Positions 49,741 through 60,094 of a stretch of 64,000 nucleotides of DNA are shown one piece after another (positions within the stretch are counted from its first letter, which is position 1; each line of letters starts with the position of its first letter). The DNA is from Candidatus Hydrogenedentes bacterium UBA6118. Its GTDB lineage: Bacteria > Hydrogenedentota > Hydrogenedentia > Hydrogenedentales > SLHB01. Under the pieces are notes generated by a model, which worked only from the letters and a program-made list of their open reading frames with translations, was not told the DNA's origin and did no database searches. Location of the stretch: contig DIWA01000063.1 in assembly GCA_002422525.1 (NCBI GenBank), positions 9,920-73,919 on the forward strand, in the 5' to 3' direction. Both the position numbers and the translations under genes were made by a program.

Positions 49741-51147
49741 ATGACGCACGACACATCGGACCATCCGGCCGACGCCGCCGACGCGCAGACCGCCCGTCGC
49801 GCGGCGCGCATCGTGTTCTTCACCCTGTTCCTCGACATCATCGGCTTCAGCATCATCTTCCCGCTGTTCCCGAGCCTGCTCGACCATTACCTGCACGCCC
49901 CCGATGTTTCGCCCGTGCTCGCAAGCCTGCTGTCCGCAATCCACGCCTTCCAGAGCCGCGTCGGCATGGACGACGCGTCGACCGTGGTGCTGTTCGGCGG
50001 CGTCCTCGGGGCCATCTACTCGATGCTCCAGTTCTTCTTCGCGCCGGTCTTCGGCGGCCTGTCCGACCGGTACGGGCGGCGACCGGTGCTGATCGCGTGC
50101 ATCGCGGGTACGGTGCTGTCGCACCTGATGTGGGTGTGCGCCGGGTCGTTCGAACTCTTCGCGCTCTCCCGCGTGCTCGGCGGGGTCATGAGCGGCAGCA
50201 TCACCACCGCGAGCGCGGCGATCGCCGACGTCACCCCGGAACGCGGCCGGTCTCGCGGCATGGCCCTCATCGGCATCGCCTTCGGGCTCGGCATGACCCT
50301 CGGTCCGCTGCTGGGAATCTCGGCGGCGTTCGATATCACCCAAGTCCGCCCGGAATGGACCGCCTGGGGCGTCAACCCCTTCTCCGCGCCGGCCGCGCTG
50401 GCCGCCGCCTTGGCGCTTGCGAATCTCGCGTTCCTCTGGTTCCGATTCCCGGAGACGCTGCCGCCCGGCGCGCAGCCGGCCGCCGCCTCCGCGCGCACCG
50501 CCAACCCCCTCCGCCTGTTCCAACGCCACCCCTCGCCCGGCGTCACCGCGACCGTCATGGCCAACTTCGCGTTCACGGCGGCGCTGGCCGGCGTCGAGTT
50601 CTCGCTTACCTTCCTCGCGGCGGACCGGTTCGGATTCGGTCCCGCACGGAACGGCGCGATGCTCGCCTTCGTCGGCGTCTGTTTGGCCCTGGTTCAGGGC
50701 GGATACGTGCGCCGAATGGCGGCGCGCGTCGGCTCCGCGCGGATGGCGCGTCGCGGACTTCTCATCCTCGCGCCCGCGCTCGTCCTCATCGGGTTCGCCC
50801 CCGCGCCGTGGGCCCTCTACGCGGGCCTGCTCCTGTTCGCGATCGGCTCCGCGCAGACCATGCCCTGTCTCATGGGCCTCGTCTCCGTCTACGCCCCGCC
50901 CGACGAGCAAGGGCAAGTTCTCGGCGTGTTCCGCAGCCTCGGCGCGCTCGCCCGCGCCGTCGGCCCCCTGACCGGCTGCACGCTCTATTGGATATGGGGA
51001 CCCGAGATGACCTATCTGGCCGGGGCGGCCGTGCTCGCCGTGCCGCTCTGGCTCATACGACGTCTGCCCTCCGAAACGGACGCCGCAACCGATCCGCCGC
51101 CGCAACGTTTACCCCGACCGCCGCAATCCACTACAATAGGCGGCTGA
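49741..51147 (+). CDS. MFS transporter (TetA/DHA1-like)
   Basis: FLDIIGFSIIFP, GGLSDRYGRRPVL (motif A), AIADVTPERGRSRGMALIG.AFGLG..LGP (motif C). Start at ATG 49741. Confidence 0.9.
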   Translation: MTHDTSDHPADAADAQTARRAARIVFFTLFLDIIGFSIIFPLFPSLLDHYLHAPDVSPVLASLLSAIHAFQSRVGMDDASTVVLFGGVLGAIYSMLQFFFAPVFGGLSDRYGRRPVLIACIAGTVLSHLMWVCAGSFELFALSRVLGGVMSGSITTASAAIADVTPERGRSRGMALIGIAFGLGMTLGPLLGISAAFDITQVRPEWTAWGVNPFSAPAALAAALALANLAFLWFRFPETLPPGAQPAAASARTANPLRLFQRHPSPGVTATVMANFAFTAALAGVEFSLTFLAADRFGFGPARNGAMLAFVGVCLALVQGGYVRRMAARVGSARMARRGLLILAPALVLIGFAPAPWALYAGLLLFAIGSAQTMPCLMGLVSVYAPPDEQGQVLGVFRSLGALARAVGPLTGCTLYWIWGPEMTYLAGAAVLAVPLWLIRRLPSETDAATDPPPQRLPRPPQSTTIGG

Positions 51148-51232
51148 ACAAGGGGCGTTCCACGCCCGGACGACGAAGCGACGGGCGCCCGTAAGACCCT
51201 GTCGCTCCAACGCACCCGAGGGGAGAGCAAGC

Positions 51233-52108
51233 ATGTTTCGCGGTTCCATGGTCGCCCTGGCGACGCCGTTCAAGAGCAATCAAGAAGTCGATTTCGATGC
51301 CTACGGGCGGCTGGTGGACTTTCAGCTCGAGAACGGCACAGACGGCATCGTTCCGTGCGGGTGCACCGGCGAAGCCGCGACGCTGTCGCACGACGAGCAG
51401 AAGGCATGCATCCGGTTCGTGATCGAGCGCGTGGCCGGGCGCGTCCCCGTGATCGCCGGAACCGGCTCCAACAACACCAAGGAGGCGGTGTCGCTCACGC
51501 AATACGCCAAGGAAATCGGCGCGGACGGCGCGCTGCTGATCACCCCGTACTACAACAAGCCCACGCCCGCCGGCCAGCTCGCCCACTACACGACGATCGC
51601 GCAACAGGTAGAGGAACTGCCTCTGATGCTCTACAACGTGCCCGGGCGCACCGGCACGAAGATGCTCCCCGTGACCATCGCCGAGCTGTCCAAGGTTCCC
51701 GGCATCGTCTCGATCAAGGAGGCCTGCGGCAGCGTGAGCCAGGTCTCGGAGATCCTGAGCCTCTGCGACATCACCGTCATGTCGGGCGACGACTCGCTGA
51801 CCCTGCCGATGATGTCCGTCGGCGCGACCGGCGTCGTGTCGGTGGCCGCGAATATCATGCCGGGCCCCGTCGCACAGATGTGCAAGGCGGCCGAAGCGCA
51901 GGACTACGCCGCGGCCCGCAAGCTGCACTATGAGATGCTGCCCATCTTCGAGGGCCTGTTCATCGAGACGAACCCGATGCCGGTCAAGGCGGCTCTGGCC
52001 GCGATGGGCCTCGCCGAGAACGTGCTGCGTCTGCCACTGACGCCTATGCTCCCCGAGAAGTACGCCCAGCTTGAGCGGATCCTCAAGAAGCTGTCCCTGA
52101 TTTCCTGA
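51233..52108 (+). CDS. dapA: 4-hydroxy-tetrahydrodipicolinate synthase
   Basis: GCTGEAATLS, GTGSNNT, TPYYNKP, LYNVPGRTG, catalytic IKEA, SGDD, ETNPMPVK. Confidence 0.96.
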   Translation: MFRGSMVALATPFKSNQEVDFDAYGRLVDFQLENGTDGIVPCGCTGEAATLSHDEQKACIRFVIERVAGRVPVIAGTGSNNTKEAVSLTQYAKEIGADGALLITPYYNKPTPAGQLAHYTTIAQQVEELPLMLYNVPGRTGTKMLPVTIAELSKVPGIVSIKEACGSVSQVSEILSLCDITVMSGDDSLTLPMMSVGATGVVSVAANIMPGPVAQMCKAAEAQDYAAARKLHYEMLPIFEGLFIETNPMPVKAALAAMGLAENVLRLPLTPMLPEKYAQLERILKKLSLIS

Positions 52109-52140
52109 CGCAACGGGAACAACGGAAGGAGGAACGAAGC

Positions 52141-52941
52141 ATGGTGCGAATCTGCGTGGCCGGCGCCTGCGGCCGCATGGGCCGGCGCATCCTCGAACTC
52201 GCCGCCCAGGCCGAGGACCTCGAGATCGGCGGAGCCTTCGACCTCCCCGCCGCGGCGGGGACCGACCTGCCTTTGGCCGCGGGCACGCCCCGCGCCGCGA
52301 CGGTGACCTTGGGGCAGTCCGCCGAGGACGCCCTCCGCAACAGCGACGCGATCATCGACTTCACCGCCCCGGACGCCTGCGTCGCCCACGTGCAGACCGC
52401 GGCGGAGCTCGGCAAGGCGGTCGTCGTCGGAACGACCGGCCTGAGCGCCGAGCAGAACGCCGTGATCCATGCCGCCGCCCAGCGCATCCCCGTGGTCTAC
52501 GCGCCCAACATGAGCGTCGGGGTCAACCTGTTGTTCAACCTGGTCTCCGAAGCGGCGCGGATCCTCGGGCCCGACTACGACATCGAAGTCGTGGAGATCC
52601 ACCACAACCAGAAAAAGGACAGCCCCAGCGGCACGGCGGTTCGACTGGTGGAACGCGCGGCCGAGTCGCGCGGGCTTCGCGTCCCGGACGACTGCCGATA
52701 CGGTCGCGAAGGGCTCGTCGGCGCCCGTCCCCAAGACGAGATCGGCGTGCATGCCGTTCGCGGCGGCGACGTCACCGGCGACCACACGGTCTACTTCCTC
52801 GGACAGGGCGAACGCATCGAGCTCACGCATCGGGCCCACAGCCGGGACACGTTCGCGCAGGGCGCATTGCGCGCGGCACGTTTTACGGCATCGGCCGCGC
52901 CGGGGCTGTACGATATGCAGGACGTGCTCGGACTGCGATAG
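52141..52941 (+). CDS. dapB: 4-hydroxy-tetrahydrodipicolinate reductase
   Basis: GACGRMG, IDFTAP, GTTG, APNMSVGVN, EIHHNQKKDSPSGTA, RGGDVTGDH, HRAHSR. Confidence 0.96.
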   Translation: MVRICVAGACGRMGRRILELAAQAEDLEIGGAFDLPAAAGTDLPLAAGTPRAATVTLGQSAEDALRNSDAIIDFTAPDACVAHVQTAAELGKAVVVGTTGLSAEQNAVIHAAAQRIPVVYAPNMSVGVNLLFNLVSEAARILGPDYDIEVVEIHHNQKKDSPSGTAVRLVERAAESRGLRVPDDCRYGREGLVGARPQDEIGVHAVRGGDVTGDHTVYFLGQGERIELTHRAHSRDTFAQGALRAARFTASAAPGLYDMQDVLGLR

Positions 52942-52962
52942 CCGAGCGGCCATCGCCGGCTC

Positions 52963-53359
52963 TTACTTCGGGCCGCGCCCGAGGAGCCGCAGGAGGGCGG
53001 TGTGGATCCGGTGCAGACGCGACGCTTCAGGCAGAAACATCAGCGGGCAGTAGCCCGCGATGAGCTCGATGCCCTGCTCCGCGCAGAAGGCGTGGCGTTC
53101 CTCCGGCAACTCCCGCGGACCGAGGTATCCGTGCACCCATACGCGCCTGACGCCCGCACCCGCGCGACGCACGGCGCGCCCGCTATCTCGACGCGGCCTC
53201 AGCGGCCTTCGCATTGACGGGCACGGCGTCGCAGCCGTGGTCGCGGAGCGCCTCGAGTACCGTGCGCGAGAAGTCCTTCGGATTGCGCGGCGCGCCGACC
53301 ACCGCCATACGGGTTCCGTCCAGACATGCATCGAGCCGCCGTTGTTCGACTACATGCAT
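52963..53359 (-). pseudogene. Disrupted CoA-binding (YccU-like Rossmann) protein gene spread over three frames
   Basis: Frame A (from 53359): MHVVEQRRLDACLDGTRMAVVGAPRNPKDFS...AVPVNAKAAE, then stop at 53183. Frame C (53189-53157): EIAGAPCVARV. Frame B: AGAGVRRVWVH...FCAEQGIELIAGYCPLMFL...HRIH, stop at 52963. Confidence 0.75.
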
Positions 53360-53405
53360 CCCAAGCCCCTGTCCGGATCCGTTGAGCCGCCGTCCGCTTG
53401 CGGGA

Positions 53406-54377
53406 TCAGCTTGCCAGAATATGCCCGACGCGCAGGATGCGCGGATCGAACTGCGTGCGGCAGGTCCACGCCTCCGACAGCGGACGAAGCGCGACGTTGT
53501 TCGCGTTGACGCCGACCATCTTGCCCGTCTCGCCCTCAATCAAGGCTTCGACCGCGCGCAGACCGAGGCGACTCGCAAGAATGCGGTCGAACGCCGAGGG
53601 GGTCCCGCCCCGTTGCAGATGGCCGATCACAACCACACGCGGGTTTTTGTAGATCGACACCTCGGCAACGCGCTCCGCAACCGCATGCGCTTTGCCGAAA
53701 TCATCGCCCTCGGCCACCACAACGATCGCGCTGGTCTTTCCTTTGGCACGACCCGCCTCGAGATCGCGCACCAGCTCGTCGATGTCCGTCAACGTCTCCG
53801 GCACCAGGATGGCCTCGGCGCCCCCGGCGACGCCGCTCATCATCGCAAGATACCCGCTGTGTCGCCCCATCACTTCAATGAAGAAGACCCGATCGTGCGA
53901 CTCGGCGGTGTCGCGAATGCGGTCGATCGCCTCCATCGCGGTGTTCAGGGCCGTGTCGTAACCGATGGTGAACTCCGTGCCGCCGATGTCGTTGTCAATG
54001 GTGCCGGGCAGCCCGATGCAGCGGACGCCGTGCTCCTCGTACAACGCCTGCGCCCCACGGTAGGACCCATCGCCGCCGATGACCGCCAACCCTTCGATAC
54101 CGTGCCGCGCCAGGGTCTGCGCCGCCCGCGCGCGCCCCTCCGGGGCCATGAAGTCCGCACACCGGGCCGAATGCAGAATCGTGCCGCCGCGGTTGATGAT
54201 CCCGCCGACGCTCCGGGCGCCCAGCGGCACGACGTCGTCGTCGATTAGCCCCTGGTACCCGCGCTTGATGCCCAAGACTTCCAGTCCGTGATAGCACGCC
54301 GTGCGCACCACGGCACGGATCGCCGCGTTCATCCCGGGTGCGTCGCCGCCGCTGGTCAGCACGCCCAACCGCTTCAT
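53406..54377 (-). CDS. pfkA: ATP-dependent 6-phosphofructokinase
   Basis: LTSGGDAPGMN, GGTILHSARC, IGGDGSYRG, PGTIDND, EVMGRHSG, GHLQRGG. Confidence 0.96.
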   Translation of the reverse strand: MKRLGVLTSGGDAPGMNAAIRAVVRTACYHGLEVLGIKRGYQGLIDDDVVPLGARSVGGIINRGGTILHSARCADFMAPEGRARAAQTLARHGIEGLAVIGGDGSYRGAQALYEEHGVRCIGLPGTIDNDIGGTEFTIGYDTALNTAMEAIDRIRDTAESHDRVFFIEVMGRHSGYLAMMSGVAGGAEAILVPETLTDIDELVRDLEAGRAKGKTSAIVVVAEGDDFGKAHAVAERVAEVSIYKNPRVVVIGHLQRGGTPSAFDRILASRLGLRAVEALIEGETGKMVGVNANNVALRPLSEAWTCRTQFDPRILRVGHILAS

Positions 54378-54407
54378 ACTAGATCGCTGTCCCCTCAATG
54401 CAGGCGC

Positions 54408-56645
54408 CTACGGCGCCTGGTCGGTGTGCACGACGTACTTGTCGCCGATATGAAGCACCTGGTTCGTGCTCCAATTGTTCCATTCGCGCAGATCGTCGAG
54501 CGACACGTTGTAGCGCTGGCTGATCGCCCATGGGCTATCGCCGCGCTTGATCGTCAGTTCCAGACGCCTCACCCCGTCCGTGGATGCCTCCTCAGTCCCG
54601 ACCTCCGTCTCCTGCGCGGCCGCATCGGATGCGCCATCCTCGTCCGATGGGCCATCGAGGGGCGGCTCCGGCACGTCCGCGACATCCCCATCGTCTCCTT
54701 CGTCCGGAACGGAAGCGTCATCCTCGGGCGCGCCCTCCGCTCCGTCCGCCTCGCTCTCCTCCGGCTCGCCGAGCTCCGGCGCGACGGGTATCGCCGGCGG
54801 CGCGTCGATCCGCTCCGGCGGTTCGGCTTCCGCGGCAAACTCAAGCGACCTCGCCCGCCATTCGGCCATCGTGGCCAGCGCGTTGGCTTCGATCCCGCGT
54901 CCGATGCGGTCCAGCGCCTGCGCCTCCGCTACGAGACGATCCACCTCACTCAGCAGCCAGTCGCCGCGCGCCTTCTGCCCGTTCGTCGCCCGCGACTGCG
55001 TCAGGTACAGGCTTTCGAACTGGCTGCAACGGCCGAGGGTCTCTTGCAGCGGCTCGATGAACTTCTCGCCGCTCTCCTGCTCGACCACGCAAAGCAGACG
55101 CGTGAGCCGCGCAAGCCCGGCCATGGCGGAGACGGCGCTCGCCTGCGCCAGCCGCCCGGCGTGCCACTGCCGCTCGATGTACGGGAACGTCCGCACGAGC
55201 TGGAAGAATTCGGGACGGTCGAGCCGGGCGCCGTCGTTGCGCACAATCTTGGCCACGATGTCCGCGAGGTCAGAGGGCAGGTCCTCCGTCACCTCCCGGT
55301 TCTCCAGGAAGGTCTCCGCCGCCTCCTTCGCCGCCTGACGCGCCGCCTCGCCGAGCACCGACCCGCCCCTTCCAAACAAGTACGCGGGCGTGGGTCCTGC
55401 CTCGAGGCGCACGCTGCCGTCGTTCGACGCCGGCGGCGAGAGCGGGTTGTTGTACACATCCGACAACGCGACATCGGTCGCATCGCCCACGTCCACCGAG
55501 ATGGAGGACCCGCCGTCACGGCCCCAGAACACGACGCACCACGCATCATCGATCCGGAACACGTAGGCCTGTCCGCCCGAACCGACGCTGAGCTCGCCGA
55601 CGTAGACCGCCCGGTCGAGCCGACGCGCATACGCCGCCAACATGACATAGCCGGAACCGAACGCGCCCTTTCGGTAGACCAGCGACGGGGCGATCTCGGT
55701 CTGCACCACCTCATTGGCGGCATTCCGGATTAGCTGCTGAATCAGCCGCGCGCCTTCATTCTCTCCAGCGTGCACCCCGCGCCCGCGCACGTGCAGCGGC
55801 TCGCGCTCGTATCCGGAGGCTTCCGTCACGCTGCGATAGTCTTGCAGCACAGCATCGTCCGGGGCGTCATGCTCGATGATCACCACGTTCGCATGGCGTC
55901 CGCCGTTCGCGCTGAACAGCTCCAGCAGCTCGTCCGGCGAACGCACGATCACCGCCACCGGCGCGAGGCCGCCGGCGTTCCGCACCGCCGACGCCACCTG
56001 CCGCAACCCATCGGCGCCCAGACGCCCGTCAATCTCCCAGCAGGCCAGCTCCCCCACGTGCGCCGCCGCCAGCGTCGTCGCCAACGTCGCCGCCTCGGAT
56101 GCATCACCCGGCGGGAAGTAGACCGACACGCGGAAGCCCTCCGCAAGCGCGGCTTCGATCTGCGCCGCCGCATCCGGATCATCCGCCGATACCGTGATAC
56201 GACGGACTCCAACCGCCGCCATCGCCCGCAGCTCTTCGCCGGTCGTGTCCGCATGCCGTACGCCCACCGGGAGCATCAGGCTCTCGTTCGGCCGGTCAAT
56301 GCGGCAGAAGACCAGCTCCTCTTCGCGCTCCGAGTCGCCGCTTCGCAGCCGGACCGTCGCCGCATAGTGTCCGCGCTTCGTCGCCACGCCCTCAATCGGT
56401 CGCCAGTGGACGCCCCGGGCGCGCAACCCCGCCGATCCGAGCTCCACCGCCTCCGGCTCTGTCGACGCCGCGCCATTCACCGGGCGAACGGACAATCGGA
56501 CGCCCACGGTCACATCCGCGTCCGCGACCAGCTCGAGAATCAGCGGATCCTCCATGTAGACATGCGGAACCGGCTGGTCTGGAGCAAGCGAAACGTCGAT
56601 CTGCGGCAGCGCAGCCAGCGTTACGATGAGCAGATAGGGGATCAT
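54408..56645 (-). CDS. Secreted LysM-domain protein (745 aa)
   Basis: Signal-like MIPYLLIVTLAA; acidic Pro/Glu linker; C-terminal LysM LTIKRGDSPWAISQRYNVSLDDLREWNN...LHIGDKY; ATGA overlap with the upstream MBL gene. Confidence 0.85.
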   Translation of the reverse strand: MIPYLLIVTLAALPQIDVSLAPDQPVPHVYMEDPLILELVADADVTVGVRLSVRPVNGAASTEPEAVELGSAGLRARGVHWRPIEGVATKRGHYAATVRLRSGDSEREEELVFCRIDRPNESLMLPVGVRHADTTGEELRAMAAVGVRRITVSADDPDAAAQIEAALAEGFRVSVYFPPGDASEAATLATTLAAAHVGELACWEIDGRLGADGLRQVASAVRNAGGLAPVAVIVRSPDELLELFSANGGRHANVVIIEHDAPDDAVLQDYRSVTEASGYEREPLHVRGRGVHAGENEGARLIQQLIRNAANEVVQTEIAPSLVYRKGAFGSGYVMLAAYARRLDRAVYVGELSVGSGGQAYVFRIDDAWCVVFWGRDGGSSISVDVGDATDVALSDVYNNPLSPPASNDGSVRLEAGPTPAYLFGRGGSVLGEAARQAAKEAAETFLENREVTEDLPSDLADIVAKIVRNDGARLDRPEFFQLVRTFPYIERQWHAGRLAQASAVSAMAGLARLTRLLCVVEQESGEKFIEPLQETLGRCSQFESLYLTQSRATNGQKARGDWLLSEVDRLVAEAQALDRIGRGIEANALATMAEWRARSLEFAAEAEPPERIDAPPAIPVAPELGEPEESEADGAEGAPEDDASVPDEGDDGDVADVPEPPLDGPSDEDGASDAAAQETEVGTEEASTDGVRRLELTIKRGDSPWAISQRYNVSLDDLREWNNWSTNQVLHIGDKYVVHTDQAP

Positions 56646-57268
56646 AGGCCGACCAGGAACGGGTTGCCGCGACGCTCGGCCCCGATGGTCGTGGCAGGGC
56701 CGTGGCCGGGATATACCGTCGTGTCGTCCGAGAGCGACAACAGCTCGCGGGCGATGGACGCGATGAGTTGCTCGGAATCGCCGCCGGGCAAGTCGGTTCG
56801 CCCTATGGACCCGGCGAACAGCACGTCTCCGGCGAACACCAGCGAGCCGCCTTCATTCTCTGTCGTTAAGACGATATGACCCGGCGAGTGACCAGGCGCA
56901 TGCCGCACCTCCAGCTCGACGCCGCCGACCCGCAGCCGGTCGCCATGCTCCAGCAGACGGCCGGGTTCGCACGACGGCGGTACGGAGATTCCGAAGTAGG
57001 CCCCCTGCTCCGAGATGGCTCGCAGCAGCGGGACATCGGCCGCGTGGATCCGCGGCGCTTGGCCCGTCCATTCGGAGACGGCCGCGTTCCCGCCGCAGTG
57101 ATCGCAGTGGCCGTGGGTGTTCACCACCCCAACGGTCGTGTATCCGTCGAGCGCGTCGCGCAAGTCGGATCGCCCCTCCCCCGGATCGATTACCAGAGCC
57201 TCGCCCCCGTCCCGCACGACAAAGCAGTTCGTGGCGAACGGAGTCATCTCCAAACACAGTATTTCCAC
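56642..57268 (-). CDS. MBL-fold metallo-hydrolase (glyoxalase II/YcbL-like)
   Basis: NCFVV, IDPG, THGHCDH, APGHSPGH, GDVLFAGSIGRTDLPGG, YPGHG. Confidence 0.92.
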   Translation of the reverse strand: MEILCLEMTPFATNCFVVRDGGEALVIDPGEGRSDLRDALDGYTTVGVVNTHGHCDHCGGNAAVSEWTGQAPRIHAADVPLLRAISEQGAYFGISVPPSCEPGRLLEHGDRLRVGGVELEVRHAPGHSPGHIVLTTENEGGSLVFAGDVLFAGSIGRTDLPGGDSEQLIASIARELLSLSDDTTVYPGHGPATTIGAERRGNPFLVGL

Positions 57269-57295
57269 TGACAGTTACTCCGAAAGGTCAGAGGC

Positions 57296-57324
57296 ATGCT
57301 ACTACCGGGGGGAAAGACAGTCAA
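57296..57324 (-). promoter_or_regulatory. Putative sigma70 promoter (TTGACT-N17-TAGCAT)
   Basis: Minus strand reads ttgact gtctttccccccggtag tagcat, ~28 nt before the GTG at 57268. Confidence 0.55.
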
Positions 57325-57485
57325 GATCAGACGTCGCTCGGTCGTCAGCGACCGGTCCGGCAGGAACCGACATCGGACGTCACGAAAGCCGCTATCGGCC
57401 GACCAGGCCGTAGTGAGGAATGAAGCGGTCGCGGCTTGCCCTCGCGCGCCAGGGAACCGACGACGGAACGGAGCGCGCAGGCGGG

Positions 57486-57704
57486 TCAGCGCGTTTCGCC
57501 CGTCAGTTCGGCGTGTCGATCGCAACGCTCGCCGGCGTGGCTGCTCTCGCGCCCGCAGCCGCACGTGCCGCAGCTCTCCGAACCCTCGGCCGCGTGCGAT
57601 CCGCAACCGCTGTGCGAGAACTTGCCGGTCAGAATGACGCCGACGCTCAGCGCGACCATGGCCGCACCGACAACGAGGACGGTAAGCACAAACACTGGCA
57701 ACAT
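57486..57704 (-). CDS. nqrM: Na+-NQR maturation factor NqrM-like small membrane protein
   Basis: One TM helix, then SGCGS...CGTCGC...C (Cys-rich); lies directly after apbE in the nqr operon, the known NqrM position. Confidence 0.7.
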   Translation of the reverse strand: MLPVFVLTVLVVGAAMVALSVGVILTGKFSHSGCGSHAAEGSESCGTCGCGRESSHAGERCDRHAELTGETR

Positions 57705-57756
57705 CAATCGCCCTTTCTCCGGCTGAACGACGCGCCGGACTGGCGGAACGCCGTCG

Positions 57757-58821
57757 CTACCGCGTCTGGTCCAGAATCATCTCGCCGAACCGCCGCGTGG
57801 TGAGTCGGACCAGGTCCACGTCCGGCCCGGACGCGGCGTCCGCATGTACGAGGAACACGACCGCCAGCCCTTCGTCTTCCGCAAACTCAAAGCCCTCGTC
57901 GACGCCCATGACCATCAGGGCGGTGGCGTAGGCGTCCGCAGCGGCGCAACTCGGGTGGATCACGCTCACGGAGGCCAGTCTGGTCATCACGGGTTCGCCC
58001 GTGCGCGGATCAATCGTGTGGCTGAACTTGCGCCCATCCACCTCCCTGAAATTGCGGTAGCCGCCGGATGTCGCTATCGACAGTCCAGACAGCGGAACGA
58101 CGGTCTCGATCGCGCGCACGTGCTCGTCCGGGCGCTCCACGGCGATGCGCCAAGGCCGGTCCGCGGCGGTGCGACCTCGCGTGCGGACTTCTCCGCCCAG
58201 CTCGACCATGTAGTTCTCGATGCCGATCGCTTCCAGCGCTTCCGCCGCCTTGTCCACTGCATAGCCCTTGGCCACCGCGGACAGGTCGCAGTACAGCTCC
58301 GGATCGCGCTTGCACACGGTCGACGCCGCCTCGTCCACCTCGAGCAGCCCATGGCCGACATGCCGGCGCAGCTCCGTGAGCCGCGCTTCGTCCGGCGGCG
58401 TTGTGTCGCGACCGTTCGGGCCGAAGCCCCACGCGTTCACCAGCGGCCCCACGGTCACGTCAAACGCTCCGCCGGTCCGCTCGCTCACCCGCTGCGCGAG
58501 CGCGAACACGGCCGCCGTGTCGGCGGACACGGAGAACGGCTCGGTCGATCGCGACGCGTTGAACCGGCTCAACTCCGAGTCCTCGCGGTACGTCGACATG
58601 AGCCCGTTGATGCGCTCGAAGGCCTCCTCGACCGCGGCGCGAAGGTCCGCTTCGGAGATCGTCGCATGGCCGGGAACGACAGCCCGCACCGTGTACACGG
58701 TGCCCATGGTCTCGCCGGTAATCGTCTTCGTGCGCGCGGCGCGTTCACAGCCGACGGCGCATACAAGCGCCGCGAGAACCAGCGCGACGAGCCGGGCGCT
58801 GCTATGCAAGGGGCGCGTCAT
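57757..58821 (-). CDS. apbE: FAD:protein FMN transferase ApbE
   Basis: GETMGT, MSTYREDSELSRFN, GAFDVTVGPLVNAWGFGP, DLSAVAKGYAVD, VELGGE, ATSGGYRN, HTIDPRTG, ADAYATA. Confidence 0.95.
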   Translation of the reverse strand: MTRPLHSSARLVALVLAALVCAVGCERAARTKTITGETMGTVYTVRAVVPGHATISEADLRAAVEEAFERINGLMSTYREDSELSRFNASRSTEPFSVSADTAAVFALAQRVSERTGGAFDVTVGPLVNAWGFGPNGRDTTPPDEARLTELRRHVGHGLLEVDEAASTVCKRDPELYCDLSAVAKGYAVDKAAEALEAIGIENYMVELGGEVRTRGRTAADRPWRIAVERPDEHVRAIETVVPLSGLSIATSGGYRNFREVDGRKFSHTIDPRTGEPVMTRLASVSVIHPSCAAADAYATALMVMGVDEGFEFAEDEGLAVVFLVHADAASGPDVDLVRLTTRRFGEMILDQTR

Positions 58822-58828
58822 GCCGCCC

Positions 58829-60073
58829 TCACCCGCCGAAGTCGTCAAAGAGGATGTTGTCGTCCTCGACGCCGAGGTCCTGCAGCATATTGATCACAGC
58901 CGAGTTCATCATGGGCGGACCGCAGATGTAGTACTCGCAGTCCTCCGGCGCCTCGTGATCCTTGAGGTACTCCTCGTAGAGCACCTGGTGGATGAACCCG
59001 CGCGGCCCTTCCCAGTTGTCCTCGGGCAGCGGCTCCGACAGCGCCAGATGCCAGGTGAAGTTCTCGTTCTCCTCCTGGATCTTGTTGAACTGCTCCACGT
59101 AGAACGCCTCCCGCAGGCTGCGCGCGCCGTACCAGAACGACACCTTGCGCTTGGTGTGCAGCCGCAGGAACTGGTCGAAAATGTGCGAGCGCATGGGCGC
59201 CATCCCCGCGCCGCCCCCGATGAACACCATCTCGTTGTCCGTGTCCTTGGCGAAGAACTCGCCGAACGGACCCGAGATCGTCACCTCGTCCCCCGGCTTC
59301 AGACCGAAGATGTACGAGGACATGATCCCTGGAGGCGTACCTTCCGGCGCACGGGGCGGCGGCGTGGCGATGCGGACGTTCAGCATGATGATGCCGCGCT
59401 CCTCGGGGTAATTCGCCATCGAGTACGCCCGGGTCACCGGCTCGGTGCAGACCGACTCATACCGCCAGAGGTTGTACTTGTCCCAGTCCTCGCGGAACCG
59501 CTCCTCGATATCGAAGTCCTTGTAGGCGACCCGATGGGGCGGACACTCGATCTGGATGTAACCGCCCGCGCGGAACGGCACCTCTTCGCCTTCGGGCAGA
59601 TCCAGGACCAGCTCCTTGATGAAGGTCGCCACGTTGTGGTTGGACCGCACCTTGCACTTCCACTGCTTGACGTTGAAGACCTCGGGCGGCACCTCGATCT
59701 TCATGTCCTGCTTGACCTTCACCTGACAGGACAGACGGCGGCCTTCGCGCGCTTCGCCGCGGCTGATGAAGCTCTGCTCGGTAGGCAACAGCGCGCCGCC
59801 GCCCGGCTGGCCGCCGATCTCCTTCACGGTCACCTTGCACACGCCGCAGCTCCCCTTCCCGCCGCAGGCCGAGGGAATGAAGATCTTGTGCTGGGCGAGC
59901 CCGCTGAGCAGCGTCGTGCCCACGGGAAGCTTCACCGCGTTGTCCGGATCGTCGTTGATGGTGATCGCCACGCTCCCGGAGCTCACCAGCTTGGCCTTCG
60001 CGACCATGAGGATCGCCACCAGGCTCAGGATGACGAAGGAGAACATGAACATGCCCATAAGGACGGTGGTCAT
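58829..60073 (-). CDS. nqrF: Na+-translocating NADH:quinone reductase subunit F
   Basis: [71 protein letters not shown]. Confidence 0.97.
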   Translation of the reverse strand: MTTVLMGMFMFSFVILSLVAILMVAKAKLVSSGSVAITINDDPDNAVKLPVGTTLLSGLAQHKIFIPSACGGKGSCGVCKVTVKEIGGQPGGGALLPTEQSFISRGEAREGRRLSCQVKVKQDMKIEVPPEVFNVKQWKCKVRSNHNVATFIKELVLDLPEGEEVPFRAGGYIQIECPPHRVAYKDFDIEERFREDWDKYNLWRYESVCTEPVTRAYSMANYPEERGIIMLNVRIATPPPRAPEGTPPGIMSSYIFGLKPGDEVTISGPFGEFFAKDTDNEMVFIGGGAGMAPMRSHIFDQFLRLHTKRKVSFWYGARSLREAFYVEQFNKIQEENENFTWHLALSEPLPEDNWEGPRGFIHQVLYEEYLKDHEAPEDCEYYICGPPMMNSAVINMLQDLGVEDDNILFDDFGG

Positions 60074-60094
60074 TCGAAGTCTCCTGAATCGGGC

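Noticed and set aside
51108-51137. Possible dapA promoter (TTTACC-N18-TACAAT) inside the MFS 3' end
   Set aside because: The -35 is weak and it overlaps coding sequence; plausible, but not supported enough to list as a feature.
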